A stretch of 64,000 nt of DNA, taken from an uncultured Chthonomonas sp. Lineage in GTDB: Bacteria > Armatimonadota > Chthonomonadetes > Chthonomonadales > CAJBBX01. Shown here piece by piece: positions 9,180 to 19,328 of this stretch. Location: positions 17,051-81,050 of the forward strand of contig CAJBBX010000063.1 in the NCBI GenBank assembly GCA_903951425.1, written 5' to 3'. The position numbers and the translations under genes are program-made. A model generated the notes under the pieces. It had not been told where the DNA came from. It worked only from the letters and a program-made list of their open reading frames with translations, and made no database searches. The first letter of the stretch is position 1. Each line of letters opens with the position of its first letter.

Positions 9180-10090
9180 GGCTCGGCAACCGGGCACGGC
9201 AGTCCAGGCCAGACGGCCTGCCGGAGCAGGTCCTCGTACTGGCGGCCCGGCACGGCAGCGCTGACAGGGAACGGGATCGCCATATCGGCGCATAGCTCGC
9301 GGATGCGGGCCATGAGCAGCCCCTCGTCGTAGCGGCGGGAGATGTGGTAGAGGCCCAGGTGGCCCACGCCTGCCTCAGCGGCGCACCGCAGCACGTCGGG
9401 CAGTGTCGAGTGCGGGTGGACGCCCTCGCCGTGGCCATCGGTGTCGTGCAGGTCGAGGAACGTACACTCGTGCAGCAGCACACGCGACCCGGCGAAGGTG
9501 GCGGGCTCCAGCGGGACGGTGTCGCCGGTGATGCTGAGGAGGATATCCTCCAGGGTCTCTGTGATCTGCTCCTTGCCCAGCTCCATGCGGAGGGCGTCCA
9601 GCTCGCGCTGCGGCAGGCCGCGCAACTCGGGCTTCACCTTGTCGACGCTGCGCACGATCTGGTAGCCGACGCTCATGGTCCGCGTGGGGGCCGTGGGCGG
9701 GTAGTGCGCCGTGGCGAACGTGCGCAGGACATGGCGAGGCGGCTCGATGTCGAGGTCCTGGCCCGCGTCCATGGGGTTCCAGCGCACCTTCCCCGTGGAC
9801 CGGGAGTCGAAGGTGGTGAGGAAGCCCGCCAGCGCCCGCCCCGAGCCCGAACCCGCCGGGTAGACGGCGGTGAAGTCCCCCGCCCCGCCGCGCAAGTTCA
9901 GGAGCTGCATGAGGCCCGCGCAGTGGTCTCGATGCGTGTGCGTGATGGCGGCCAGCCGGATCTTGTGGATGCGGCTGTCAAGCATGGCCGTGACCCCGTC
10001 GCCGGCATCGAAGAGGACGCGGTGCGTCTCGTCGAAGACCCACGTGGAGACGAGGGGCGTGGAGAAGATGACGATCTTGGGCAGGTTCAC
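9176..10090 (-). CDS. MBL-fold metallo-hydrolase (RNase Z-like)
   Basis: HxHxDH motif (THTHRDHCAG). The start GTG 10090 forms a GTGA overlap with the recO stop. The N-terminal 180 aa of track ORF 9176..10636 overlap recO in another frame. Confidence 0.75.
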   Translation of the reverse strand: MNLPKIVIFSTPLVSTWVFDETHRVLFDAGDGVTAMLDSRIHKIRLAAITHTHRDHCAGLMQLLNLRGGAGDFTAVYPAGSGSGRALAGFLTTFDSRSTGKVRWNPMDAGQDLDIEPPRHVLRTFATAHYPPTAPTRTMSVGYQIVRSVDKVKPELRGLPQRELDALRMELGKEQITETLEDILLSITGDTVPLEPATFAGSRVLLHECTFLDLHDTDGHGEGVHPHSTLPDVLRCAAEAGVGHLGLYHISRRYDEGLLMARIRELCADMAIPFPVSAAVPGRQYEDLLRQAVWPGLPCPVAEP

Positions 10091-10851
10091 GCCGGGCCCG
10101 CTCCTTGTGGGCGCAGGGATTCGAGGAACTCCGCGCTCTTGATGTCGCGATCGATGCGGTACCTGATGGTCCACTTCATGCAGCGGCCCACCACCTGTAG
10201 GTCGGCGGCTACGCCCTGGAGCGCCACAATGCCGTCGGCGTCGGCGCCGGCCATACGGCGCATGAGGTTCAGCGCGGCGGCCGACAGCGGGATGGCGTCC
10301 ATGGGCCTTCGGCAGCGTCCGCAAAGGACGCCGCCCAGCGTCGGGCTGTAGCTGAGGCCCTGCGCGCCGGGCTCGCCGCCGCACGTGACGCACTGCCCGA
10401 GGCCCGGCGCATAGCCCCGCTCGGAGAGCAGCTGCAGCTCGAAGGCGTGTAGCACCATGTCGGGCTCGTCGGCCCTGCGGCGCAGCAGGTAGAGCGCCGA
10501 GACAAGGGAGTCGAACATGTCCGGGCTGGGTTCGTAGTCCTCGGTGAGGCGATCGGCCAGCTCGCACAGGTAGGTCGCACGGGCGAGCAGGCCCAGGTCG
10601 GCCCGCAACGCCGGAAAGCTCTCCTGGACCTCGCACTGGGAGACGATCTCGAGGGACTTCCCCGACGCGAGCATGAAGCGCGTCAGTGTGAAGAGCTCCG
10701 TGGCCCCGCCGGAGCGGGAACCGGGCTTCCGCGCGCCCTTGGCCACGGCGTGCAACTTCCCCTGCTCACGGGTGAGGACGGTGATGATGCGATCGGTCTC
10801 GCCCAGGCTGATGCGCCTGAGGACGATGCCCGTCGCGGCGTAGGCGGGCAC
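10087..10851 (-). CDS. recO: DNA repair protein RecO
   Basis: The N-terminus GIVLRRISLGETDRIITVLT is typical of the RecO OB fold. Zinc motif CVTCG..(17)..CGRC. The start GTG 10851 lies 5 nt after the trpA stop. Confidence 0.8.
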   Translation of the reverse strand: MPAYAATGIVLRRISLGETDRIITVLTREQGKLHAVAKGARKPGSRSGGATELFTLTRFMLASGKSLEIVSQCEVQESFPALRADLGLLARATYLCELADRLTEDYEPSPDMFDSLVSALYLLRRRADEPDMVLHAFELQLLSERGYAPGLGQCVTCGGEPGAQGLSYSPTLGGVLCGRCRRPMDAIPLSAAALNLMRRMAGADADGIVALQGVAADLQVVGRCMKWTIRYRIDRDIKSAEFLESLRPQGAGPA

Positions 10852-10856
10852 GAAGG

Positions 10857-11657
10857 TCAGGCCCGCCGCGTACCGGCCTTCAGGGACCGGACCAGTTCGG
10901 CGGCGGCCGAAGCCGCGTCGGGGCTGTCGCCGGCCTCGGCCACGACGTTGACCAGCGCGCTCCCCACGATGACGCCGTCGGCCAACTCGGCCACGGTCCG
11001 CACCTGCTCCGGCGTGGAGATGCCGAAGCCCACGCCCACGGGCCTGTCGGTCTCGGCTCGCACGCGGGCCAGCAGCTCGGGCAGGTCCGGCGGCAGGTCG
11101 ACGCGCGCGCCGGTGACACCCGTCCGCGCCACGCAGTAGACGAACCCCGTGCAGAGGCGTCCCACCAGCCGGATGCGCTCCGGGGTGCTCGTGGGCGCCA
11201 GCAGGAAGACGGTGCCCAACCCCGCCGCGGCGGCGGCCTCCTGCCACTCCTCGGCCTCGTCGGGGGTCAGGTCGACCAGGATAGCCCCGTCAGCCCCGGC
11301 GTCGGCCGCGTCGGCGGCGAAGCGCTGGAGCCCGTAGGAGAGGATGGGGTTCAGGTAGGTCATGAGCACGATGGGAGTGTCGGCCGTGCGGCGCACCTGT
11401 CGGACGATGTCGAGGCAGACCGGGACGGTGGTCCCGGCGTTGAGGGCGCGCTGGCCCGCGGCCTGGATGCTGGGGCCGTCGGCCAGCGGATCGCTGAAGG
11501 GAATGCCCAGCTCTATGACGTCGGCGCCGGCCTCGGCCACGGCGACTACGATCTCGGCGGCGCGGGCGGGCGTCGGATCGCCGGCCATGAGATAGCAGAT
11601 CAGAGCCCGATCGCCCTTGGAGCGCAGGACCTCAAGGGAGCGCATGAGCCTCGTCAT
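10857..11657 (-). CDS. trpA: Tryptophan synthase alpha chain
   Basis: 266 aa with [17 protein letters not shown] and GFGIS motifs. It has a 4-bp overlap with the trpB stop. Confidence 0.95.
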   Translation of the reverse strand: MTRLMRSLEVLRSKGDRALICYLMAGDPTPARAAEIVVAVAEAGADVIELGIPFSDPLADGPSIQAAGQRALNAGTTVPVCLDIVRQVRRTADTPIVLMTYLNPILSYGLQRFAADAADAGADGAILVDLTPDEAEEWQEAAAAAGLGTVFLLAPTSTPERIRLVGRLCTGFVYCVARTGVTGARVDLPPDLPELLARVRAETDRPVGVGFGISTPEQVRTVAELADGVIVGSALVNVVAEAGDSPDAASAAAELVRSLKAGTRRA

Positions 11658-12871
11658 CTCTGGCCTCCGTTCAGGGCGTTGCCAAGGCCCAGCGCGCTGA
11701 CGGCCGTCTCCATATCCTTGTCACCGCGGCCGGAGAGGCAGAGCAGCACAGAACCTCCCGAGGGCACCGTGGGCGCCAGGGCGGCAAGGTTGGCGATGGC
11801 GTGGGAGCTCTCCAGCGCCGGGATGATGCCCTCGGTGCGGGAGAGCATCTGGAAGCCGACCAGCGCCTCATCGTCGGTCACGGAGACATACTCGGCGCGG
11901 CCCGTCTCCTTCATGTGCGAGTGCTCCGGCCCCACGCCAGGGTAGTCGAGCCCCGCCGAGATGGAGTGCGAGGGCAGCACCTGTCCGTCGCCGTCCTGCA
12001 GCAGGTAGCTCCGGCTCCCGTGCAACACGCCGGGGCGACCGACGCTCAGGGTGGCGCAGTGCTCGCCGGTCTCCACGCCGCGCCCGGCGGCCTCAACTCC
12101 CACGAGCCGCACGCCGGCATCGGGCACGAACGCATGGAACATGCCCATGGCGTTTGACCCGCCGCCCACACAGGCGGTCACCACGCTGGGGAGGCGGCCC
12201 ATGGCCTCGGAAAACTGGGCGCGGGCCTCGCGGCCGATGATCGACTGGAAGTCGCGGACGATCATGGGGAACGGGTGCGGACCGACCACGGAGCCGACAA
12301 TGTAGTGCGTATCGCGGACGTTAGCCACCCAGTCGCGCATGGCCTCGTTGGTGGCGTCCTTCAGGGTGCGCGTGCCGGAGGTGACGGGGAGGACCCGCGC
12401 CCCGAGCAGGTGCATCCGGTGAACGTTGAGGGCCTGGCGGCGGATGTCCTCCTCGCCCATGTAGACGTCGCAGCGGAGGTCCAGCAGGGCGCAGGCCGTA
12501 GCCGTGGCGACCCCGTGCTGGCCTGCGCCGGTCTCGGCGATGACGCGAGGCTTGCCCATGCGCTTGGCCACCAGGGCCTGACCCAGGGCGTTGTTGATCT
12601 TGTGCGCGCCGGTGTGGCAGAGGTCCTCGCGCTTCAGGTAGACGTCGCAGCCGACCTTGTCGCCCAGGCGGCGGGCGTGGTAGAGCGGCGTGGGGCGCCC
12701 CACGTAGTCGCGCTGGATATCGGCCAGCCGCGCCAGGAAGGCGGCATCCTCGCGGCAGGCCAGATAGGTGGCCAGCAGCTCGTCCAGCGCGGGCACCAGC
12801 GTCTCGGGCACATAGCGACCGCCGAACGCGCCGAAGTGGCCACGGGCGTCCGGCATCAAGGCATCGGGCAT
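11654..12871 (-). CDS. trpB: Tryptophan synthase beta chain
   Basis: Track ORF trimmed to the ATG at 12871 ([25 protein letters not shown]), with AGGAG 8 nt upstream. The PLP-lysine region is HTGAHKINN, and GGGSNA is present. Confidence 0.95.
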   Translation of the reverse strand: MPDALMPDARGHFGAFGGRYVPETLVPALDELLATYLACREDAAFLARLADIQRDYVGRPTPLYHARRLGDKVGCDVYLKREDLCHTGAHKINNALGQALVAKRMGKPRVIAETGAGQHGVATATACALLDLRCDVYMGEEDIRRQALNVHRMHLLGARVLPVTSGTRTLKDATNEAMRDWVANVRDTHYIVGSVVGPHPFPMIVRDFQSIIGREARAQFSEAMGRLPSVVTACVGGGSNAMGMFHAFVPDAGVRLVGVEAAGRGVETGEHCATLSVGRPGVLHGSRSYLLQDGDGQVLPSHSISAGLDYPGVGPEHSHMKETGRAEYVSVTDDEALVGFQMLSRTEGIIPALESSHAIANLAALAPTVPSGGSVLLCLSGRGDKDMETAVSALGLGNALNGGQR

Positions 12872-12896
12872 TGCGTCATCTCCTGAACGGGCGTAC

Positions 12897-13385
12897 TCAC
12901 TTAGCGGGCTGCGGCCCCGAAGGCGGGCGGGCAGCAGGCGCCTGCTGCTGCTGCATCCACGCCTTAATGCCGAGGATGAGGAACACATGGCCCACGATCA
13001 GCATGGTCACGCCGAGGAAGCGCAGTGCGGCCGACCGCGGCGACGCCATGCCCTCGGCGCCCTCGAAGCTGGCCGAGTCGGGCTTGTCCGGCAGGTAGAA
13101 GACCCGGAGCTTGGAGCCCGGCTGCAGCTTCTGCCAGACGGCAGCGTCGTACACGGTACGGGTTACGATCCGGTTCAAGCGGGAGCCGTCCTGAAACATG
13201 AAAGCAACCTGCATGATCGGTCTGCCGTCGGTCCCGGGCGGCGAATCCTTGTACTGAACGGAGCCCTCGGTCTGCGCGCCCAGCCGCTTCAGCTCGGACT
13301 GACCACCGGGCACGTAGAACCAGATGACGTAAGCCGCAGCGATCAACACGACCAGACCCGCGCCTATCCGCGCCATTGGAGCCAT
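12897..13385 (-). CDS. DUF3592-like small membrane protein (TM, beta-domain, TM)
   Basis: 162 aa. It has an N-terminal TM ([17 protein letters not shown]), a central soluble segment (TEGSVQYKD...[11 protein letters not shown]) and a C-terminal TM ([18 protein letters not shown]). It is wedged between trpF and trpB with 13-nt and 25-nt gaps. Confidence 0.6.
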   Translation of the reverse strand: MAPMARIGAGLVVLIAAAYVIWFYVPGGQSELKRLGAQTEGSVQYKDSPPGTDGRPIMQVAFMFQDGSRLNRIVTRTVYDAAVWQKLQPGSKLRVFYLPDKPDSASFEGAEGMASPRSAALRFLGVTMLIVGHVFLILGIKAWMQQQQAPAARPPSGPQPAK

Positions 13386-13398
13386 CGTTTCCCTCCTG

Positions 13399-14034
13399 CT
13401 ACCCGGGCCCCGAGGCGCACAGGCCGTCGGCCCGGCGCACCGCCGCGATGAAGTCGCGGACGGCGGCGGCGCTCTTCACGCCCTTGCACTCCTCGACCCC
13501 GGACGAGACATCAACGCCGTAGGGACGGACGCGGCGGACGGCATCCTCGACATTCACCGGCGTCAGGCCGCCGGCCAGCAGCACCGGAGCGCCCGCGATC
13601 CGCACGGCCTCCGCGGCCAGTTCCCAGTCGAACGTGACGCCCGATCCGCCCAGTCCTGACTCGCTATACGCATCCAGCACGAAGGCGTCTCGCCTGCCGG
13701 GCTCGGAGAGACCCGCGGCGAGGCTCTCTCCGTCCTTGACGCGGATGGCGCGGAAGACCCGAGGCGGGGCCCAGACGCCCTCCGGCACGGCCTCGTAGAC
13801 CTGCACGGCGTCCAGTGCACCGCGCCACGCCGGGGGCACATCCTCGGCCCGCCGCGCCACTCCCACCCGAAGCGCACAGGGCAACGCGCCGCGGAGCAGC
13901 TCCTCCGGCCGCCGGTCGGCCACGCAACGCGGAGTTCCCGCCACGAAGATGAAGCCCAGCGCATCGGCGCCCGCATAGGACGCCATGGCGGCGTCCTCGG
14001 CGCGCGTTATGCCGCAGACCTTGATGCGCGTCAT
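13399..14034 (-). CDS. trpF: Phosphoribosylanthranilate isomerase
   Basis: N-terminus MTRIKVCGITR..DA.......GADALGFIF. The size (211 aa) and its position in the trp cluster fit. Confidence 0.9.
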   Translation of the reverse strand: MTRIKVCGITRAEDAAMASYAGADALGFIFVAGTPRCVADRRPEELLRGALPCALRVGVARRAEDVPPAWRGALDAVQVYEAVPEGVWAPPRVFRAIRVKDGESLAAGLSEPGRRDAFVLDAYSESGLGGSGVTFDWELAAEAVRIAGAPVLLAGGLTPVNVEDAVRRVRPYGVDVSSGVEECKGVKSAAAVRDFIAAVRRADGLCASGPG

Positions 14035-14052
14035 GGCGCCTCGGGCAACGGG

Positions 14053-14841
14053 CTAGCCCAGGCCTCGGCCCGCCAGTTCGCGGACCTTGGCGCCGATGTC
14101 GTCGGCCCGCATGAAGGCCTCGCCCACCAGCACGGCGGCCACGCCTGCGCGGGCCAGCTTGACCACGTCGGTGCGGGTGTTGATGCCGCTCTCGCTCACC
14201 ACCATCCGGTCGCTCGGCACCGCGGGCATCAGGTCCAGCGTGGTCTGCAGCGTCGTGCGGAAGAGGTGCAGGTCGCGGTTGTTGATGCCGATGAGGTTGG
14301 CGGGCGTCCTGACGGCGTCCTCCAGCTCGCCTCCGTCGTGGACCTCGACGATGGCGGCCATGCCCAGGGCGCGGCAACCGGCGATCATGTCGAGCAGGGC
14401 GGTGTGGCCCAGGGCGGCCATGATGAGCAGCACGGCGTCGGCGCCCGCCACGCGGGCCTCGATGAGCTGGTACTCGTCGATGATGAAGTCCTTGCGCAGG
14501 AGCGGGAGGCCCACCACGGCCCGGACGTCCGAGAGGTAGGTCAGGTTGCCGTGGAAGTGCCGCTCGTCGGTGAGCACGGAGAGGCATGTGGCGCCGTTGG
14601 CCTCATAGGTCTTCGCGATCTCGACGGGGTCGAAGTCGTACCGGATGATGCCCTTGGAGGGCGAAGCCTTCTTGATCTCGCAGATCAGCGCAGGCCTGGG
14701 CGCGTCGGCGATGGCCTTCACGAAGTCGCGCGGCCGGGCCACGTCGCGCACGCGGCGCTGAAGCTCGCCGATCGCGACGCGCCGCTTGGCCATCTCCACC
14801 TCGGTGCGCTTGTCCGCGAGTATTTCCGATAGAACGCTCAT
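14053..14841 (-). CDS. trpC: Indole-3-glycerol phosphate synthase
   Basis: Track ORF trimmed to the ATG at 14841 (MSVLSEILADKR...), which forms an ATGA overlap with the trpD stop. Motifs are ICEIKKASPSKG, LSVLTD, FLRKDFI and INNRDL. Confidence 0.9.
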   Translation of the reverse strand: MSVLSEILADKRTEVEMAKRRVAIGELQRRVRDVARPRDFVKAIADAPRPALICEIKKASPSKGIIRYDFDPVEIAKTYEANGATCLSVLTDERHFHGNLTYLSDVRAVVGLPLLRKDFIIDEYQLIEARVAGADAVLLIMAALGHTALLDMIAGCRALGMAAIVEVHDGGELEDAVRTPANLIGINNRDLHLFRTTLQTTLDLMPAVPSDRMVVSESGINTRTDVVKLARAGVAAVLVGEAFMRADDIGAKVRELAGRGLG

Positions 14842-15875
14842 GTCTTGCGTAACTCCCCGCAGAGGGTCGTCAGCCGGTTCAACGCGCCGATCGCCCTGCC
14901 GTCCTGTATCACGCGGCGAGCCGCCGTGACGCCCTGCATCCATCCGTCGGCCAGGCCGCACACCTGCAGCGCCGCCGAGGCGTTCGCCAGCACGATGTCC
15001 AGCCGCGGGCCGGGTTCGCCGGCCAGCACGGACCGCAACATCGCCGCGGACTCGGCGGCGTCGGCGCCTCCGGTCAAGTCACCGTGCGAGCAGGCGGCCA
15101 GCCCCAGCCGCTCCGGCGTCACCTCGTCCTCGGCCACCTCGGCGCCGCTGACGCGGACCACCAGGGTGGGCGACGTGAGCGACACCTCGTCCATGCCGTC
15201 GAGGCCGCTGACCACCATCGCCTCGCGCACGCCCAGGCGCTGCAGCGCGCCGGCGACCACGCGGCAGAGGGCGGGATCGAAGACGCCCATCACCTGCCGC
15301 TCCGCGAGGGCCGGGTTGGCCAGCGGCCCCAGTATATTGAAGACTGTGCGCACGCCAAGTTCCCGCCGAAGCGGGCCGACCGCCGCCATGGCCGGGTGGT
15401 GGCGCGGCGCGAACATGAAGCCGATGCCGGCCTCGTCGACGCACCGGGCGATCTGCTCCGGCTGCAGGTCGATGGCCACGCCCAGGGCCTCCAGCACGTC
15501 GGCGCTACCGCAGTGGCCCGAGATGGCCCGGTTGCCGTGCTTGGCTACCGGAACGCCGGCCCCTGCCAGGACGAAGCCCACGGCGGTGGAGACGTTCAGC
15601 GAGCGTGAACCGTCGCCGCCGGTGCCGCAAGTGTCCAGCAGGCACTGCGAGCCAGGCGCCACCCGGACGCACCGGTCGCGCAGCACAGAAGCCATGCCCG
15701 CGACCTCGTCGGCCGTCTCGCCGCGCATCCGCAACGCCGCCAGGAACGCCGCCAACCGCACCGACGCCAGGGAGCCGTCCAGGATGGCCGACATGGCGTC
15801 GGCGGCCCGGTCGTAGCTCAGCGGGACGCCGCTCCACGCCTCGCGCAGCAGCTCCAGGCTCACGTCGCCGCTCAT
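14838..15875 (-). CDS. trpD: Anthranilate phosphoribosyltransferase
   Basis: 345 aa with DTCGTGGDG, NVSTA and KHGNRA motifs. It has a 4-bp overlap with the upstream M24 peptidase stop. Confidence 0.95.
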   Translation of the reverse strand: MSGDVSLELLREAWSGVPLSYDRAADAMSAILDGSLASVRLAAFLAALRMRGETADEVAGMASVLRDRCVRVAPGSQCLLDTCGTGGDGSRSLNVSTAVGFVLAGAGVPVAKHGNRAISGHCGSADVLEALGVAIDLQPEQIARCVDEAGIGFMFAPRHHPAMAAVGPLRRELGVRTVFNILGPLANPALAERQVMGVFDPALCRVVAGALQRLGVREAMVVSGLDGMDEVSLTSPTLVVRVSGAEVAEDEVTPERLGLAACSHGDLTGGADAAESAAMLRSVLAGEPGPRLDIVLANASAALQVCGLADGWMQGVTAARRVIQDGRAIGALNRLTTLCGELRKT

Positions 15876-16963
15876 AGGATAGGCAGTGCCGGCGGCGCGT
15901 TGCGGTTCAGCGATCGACCGCCCTGCTCGGTGACGACCATGCAGTTCTCGATCCGAACACCGAAGCGGCCGTCAAGGTAGACGCCCGGCTCGTTGCTGAA
16001 GCAGTTGCCCGCGGCCAGCGGTTCGGAGTTGCCCTCGGTGATGTAGGGATGCTCATGCCCGGAGAGGCCGATGCCGTGGCCCAGCCGGTGGAAGAAGCGC
16101 GGCCCGTAGCCGGCCTCCTCGATGACGCGGCGGGCTGCGCGGTCAAGATCGCAAGCCGCCGCGCCGGGGCGGCAGGCGCCGTAGACAGCCTCGTGGGCCC
16201 GGCGTACGATGCGGTAGACCTCCACCGCCTCGGGGTCGGGCCGGCCGAAGGCCACCGTGCGGGTGATGTCCGACTGATAGCCCTGCAGGCCGCAGCCGAT
16301 ATCGACGATCACCACGTCGCCGCGCCGCAACCGGGTCTGGTCCGTGGCGTGGTGCGGCATGGCCGAGTTCGGCCCGAAGCCGACGATGCAGAACGTCATG
16401 CTCACGCTGCGCTCACGGTAGGCCGCGGCGATGACCTCCTGCAGCTCCAGCTCAGTCATGCCCTCGCGAAGGGAGCGGAGGGCCAGGTCGCAGACGTCGT
16501 CCGTGATCTCCGCCGATCGCTCGAGCAGGTCCAGCTCATCGGCGCCCTTCACCGTGCGCAGGGCCGACATGGCGCCCGACGCGCTGCGGAAGCGCGCCTG
16601 CGGAAAGAGCTCCTGCATGCGCAGCAGGTGCCCGGCGTGCAGCTCGTCGTCGATGCCCACGCACCCGTCGGCGCCGTCGCCCAGCGCCTGGGCCATGGCC
16701 GCGGCCCATCCGTCGGCGTCGGTCCATGGGATGACGGAGGACATGGAGCGGGCGTTGGAGGAGGCGTCGGCGGCATTCAGGGCGGGCGCGACGATACGGG
16801 CGGCATCGGCGGTCACGACCAGCGCCAGCAGCCGCTCATGCCCGGACTCGGCCCATCCCACGAGGTACCGCATGTGGTCTGTAGGGGCAAGCAGGGCGGC
16901 GTCCAGGCCGCGAGTGGCCATCTGCGCGCGCAGCGCGGCCAGACGTGAAAGGTACGGTTCCAT
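15872..16963 (-). CDS. M24-family Xaa-Pro peptidase (aminopeptidase P / prolidase-like)
   Basis: Pita-bread metal ligands are visible in context: VIVDIGC..GYQSDITRT, HRLGHGIGLSGHE, SNEPGVY and VRIEN. The start is taken at ATG 16963 (MEPYLSRLAALR...); GTG 16984 is also possible. Confidence 0.85.
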   Translation of the reverse strand: MEPYLSRLAALRAQMATRGLDAALLAPTDHMRYLVGWAESGHERLLALVVTADAARIVAPALNAADASSNARSMSSVIPWTDADGWAAAMAQALGDGADGCVGIDDELHAGHLLRMQELFPQARFRSASGAMSALRTVKGADELDLLERSAEITDDVCDLALRSLREGMTELELQEVIAAAYRERSVSMTFCIVGFGPNSAMPHHATDQTRLRRGDVVIVDIGCGLQGYQSDITRTVAFGRPDPEAVEVYRIVRRAHEAVYGACRPGAAACDLDRAARRVIEEAGYGPRFFHRLGHGIGLSGHEHPYITEGNSEPLAAGNCFSNEPGVYLDGRFGVRIENCMVVTEQGGRSLNRNAPPALPIL

Positions 16964-17216
16964 AGCCCGAACATGGTACCCCACCGGGTACGGCGGGGAG
17001 GAGACGAGGGGGTGAAGGGTGCAACGGCGAGGCGGGCAAGGGGATCACTTCTCTGCCGCAGGAAGGCGCTCCCCTTGAGTCCTTCGACGTTTGGGGTGAA
17101 GCCCTGAACTGACACACCGGCATCCGGCAACCGACGCGCCGGCGTTGCCCGGCACGGGCGAAGCACCCGTAGGTGGATCGGCGCCGTCAGCCCGGCCGGC
17201 GCCGTTCTGGCCCTCG

Positions 17217-17780
17217 CTACCCCGCGATGAAGTTGCGCAGCATCTTCTTGCCGGACTGGGTCATGACCGACTCGGGGTGGAACTGGACCCCCTCTACCCG
17301 GCGCTCGCGGTGGCGGACGCCCATGATCTCGCCCTCGTCGGTCTCGGCGGTCACCACGAGGCAGTCGGGAAGGGTCTCTCGCTTGATCACCAGCGAGTGG
17401 TAGCGCGTCACCTCCACGGGGTTGTCCACGCCTCGGAAGACGCCCTGGCCGTCGTGCTTCACCAGGCTGGTCTTGCCGTGGAGGACGCGCCAGTTGCGGA
17501 TGACCTGCCCGCCGAACGCCGCGCCGATGCTCTGGTGGCCCAGGCAGACGCCCAGGATGGGGATGACGCCGGCGAACCGCTGGATCAGCGGCACGGAGAT
17601 GCCCGCCTCAGCCGGGGTGCAGGGGCCGGGCGAGATCACGATGTGCGACGGCGCCAGCTCGGCCACGCCGTCGAGCGTGATGCGGTCGTTGCGATGGACG
17701 GCGATCTCCAGGCCCATCTCGCCGAGGTACTGCACGAGGTTGTAGGTGAAGCTGTCGTAGTTGTCGAGCACCAGGACCAT
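17217..17780 (-). CDS. trpG: Anthranilate synthase component II (glutamine amidotransferase)
   Basis: Trimmed to the ATG at 17780 ([19 protein letters not shown]), 5 nt after the trpE stop. The catalytic triad context is GVCLGHQ and HPES. Confidence 0.9.
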   Translation of the reverse strand: MVLVLDNYDSFTYNLVQYLGEMGLEIAVHRNDRITLDGVAELAPSHIVISPGPCTPAEAGISVPLIQRFAGVIPILGVCLGHQSIGAAFGGQVIRNWRVLHGKTSLVKHDGQGVFRGVDNPVEVTRYHSLVIKRETLPDCLVVTAETDEGEIMGVRHRERRVEGVQFHPESVMTQSGKKMLRNFIAG

Positions 17781-17785
17781 TGCGG

Positions 17786-19264
17786 TTACTCCAGGCCCAT
17801 CTCGGCCATTTCGACGGCCTTCATGAGCGCACGGGCCTTGTTGACGCACTCCTGATACTCGCGCGAGGGGTCGCTGTCGGCCACCACCCCGGCGCCTGCC
17901 TGGATGTAGGCCTTGCCCTCCTGCACCAGCATCGTGCGGATGGCGATGGCCAGGTCGGCGTCGCCCCGGTAGCTGAAGTAGCCCACGGCGCCGCCGTAGA
18001 GCCCCCGGCGCGTGGGCTCCAGTTCAGCGATGATCTCCATGGCCCTGATCTTGGGCGCGCCGGTGAGGGTGCCCGCCGGGAAGCAGGCCCGCACGGCGTC
18101 GTACATATCGCACCCGGCGGCCAGCCGCCCGGAGACGCCGCTGACGATGTGCATGACGTGCGAGTAGCGCTCCACGACCATCAGCTCATCCACGGCCACG
18201 GTGCCGTACTCGCAGACGCGGCCGATGTCGTTGCGGCCGAGGTCGACCAGCATGATGTGCTCGGCGCGCTCCTTGGCGTCCTGCAGCAACTCGGTCTCGG
18301 CGGCGGCGTCCTCGTCGGGCGTGGCGCCGCGCGGGCGGGTTCCGGCGATGGGCCGCACCGTGACGCGGCCGTCCTCCACGGTGACCAGGATCTCCGGCGA
18401 CGAACCCACCACCTGCCTCTCGCCGAAGTCCAGGAAATACATGTAGGGCGACGGATTGATGGAGCGCAGCGACCGATAGAGCTCGAACGGAGTGGCCGAG
18501 ACGGTGGCCGTGAAGCGCACCGAGGGCACGACCTGGAAGGCGTCGCCGGCGGCGATGTACTCCTTGGCGCGGTCCACTGCGGCCTCGTAGTCCCACTGCG
18601 TCATGCTGGATGCCACCTCGGGGCGCGCGCCGGAGCCGGAGGGCGCGGCATCCTCGTGAGAGGCGCGCAGCATGGCCACGATGCGGTCGACATGCCGCAC
18701 GGCCTCATCGTAGGCGGCGTCGGCGTCGGCGTCCACGCGGGTGTTGCAGACCACGCGGAGGCGGTGGCGCACATGGTCGAAGACGAGCACTGTATCGGCC
18801 AGCATGAGACAGGCATCGTCCACGCCCAGGTCGTCGCGCGGCGTGCCGGGCAACTCCTCGAAGTGGCGCACCATGTCGTAGGAGAGGTAGCCCACGGCGC
18901 CGCCGCAGAAGCGGGGCAGGCCCGGGTCGGCCACGTACCGGTGCGAGGCCAGCAGGTCGCGCAGCACGGTAAGGGGATCGGCGCCCGGCCCGAGCTCGGC
19001 CTCCTGCGCCTCGCCCTGCCGCCCAATGGTGACCCTGCCTCCGCGGCTCCGGAAGAGGGCCGACGGCGAGCAGCCGATGAAGGAGTAGCGAGCCATGCGC
19101 TCGCCGCCTTCGACGCTCTCCAGCAGGAAGGATGGCCCGGTGGAGGCGATGCGCTCGTAGGCCGAGACGGGCGTCAGGCGGTCGGCCAGTATCTCGCGCC
19201 AAACGGGCGACATGCATCCGGCGGGAGTGCGGCGGACGAACTCGGTTCTGGAGGGCGACACCAT
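17786..19264 (-). CDS. trpE: Anthranilate synthase component I
   Basis: Chorismate-binding motifs are [26 protein letters not shown] and [11 protein letters not shown]. The start is taken at ATG 19264, with AGGAG 9 nt upstream. The track start at 19321 is a TTG. Confidence 0.9.
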   Translation of the reverse strand: MVSPSRTEFVRRTPAGCMSPVWREILADRLTPVSAYERIASTGPSFLLESVEGGERMARYSFIGCSPSALFRSRGGRVTIGRQGEAQEAELGPGADPLTVLRDLLASHRYVADPGLPRFCGGAVGYLSYDMVRHFEELPGTPRDDLGVDDACLMLADTVLVFDHVRHRLRVVCNTRVDADADAAYDEAVRHVDRIVAMLRASHEDAAPSGSGARPEVASSMTQWDYEAAVDRAKEYIAAGDAFQVVPSVRFTATVSATPFELYRSLRSINPSPYMYFLDFGERQVVGSSPEILVTVEDGRVTVRPIAGTRPRGATPDEDAAAETELLQDAKERAEHIMLVDLGRNDIGRVCEYGTVAVDELMVVERYSHVMHIVSGVSGRLAAGCDMYDAVRACFPAGTLTGAPKIRAMEIIAELEPTRRGLYGGAVGYFSYRGDADLAIAIRTMLVQEGKAYIQAGAGVVADSDPSREYQECVNKARALMKAVEMAEMGLE

Positions 19265-19328
19265 GCCGGGATGCTCCTGATGGCGCGGAACGGCTGGGCC
19301 GAGCCCGGCGCCGATCCACAATGCTGAG

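Noticed and set aside
16985-17216. Terminator or attenuator in the 232-nt gap between trpG and the M24 peptidase gene
   Set aside because: There is only an imperfect hairpin (ggcaac...gttgcc around 17126-17149) without a U tract, and I saw no convincing -35/-10 pair. The region is left unannotated.
17780-19327. 515-aa plus-strand ORF antisense to trpE, with similar shadow ORFs at 9344..10351, 16049..16948, 38757..39950 and 49693..51378
   Set aside because: Each is the mirror of a gene with clear family motifs, and none has motifs of its own.
19265-19328. trp leader peptide, attenuator, T-box or TRAP site between the tRNA and trpE
   Set aside because: There is only one Trp codon (in a TTG-started frame), no tandem Trp codons, no alternative-hairpin pair, no GAG/UAG 11-mer repeats and no T-box specifier structure.
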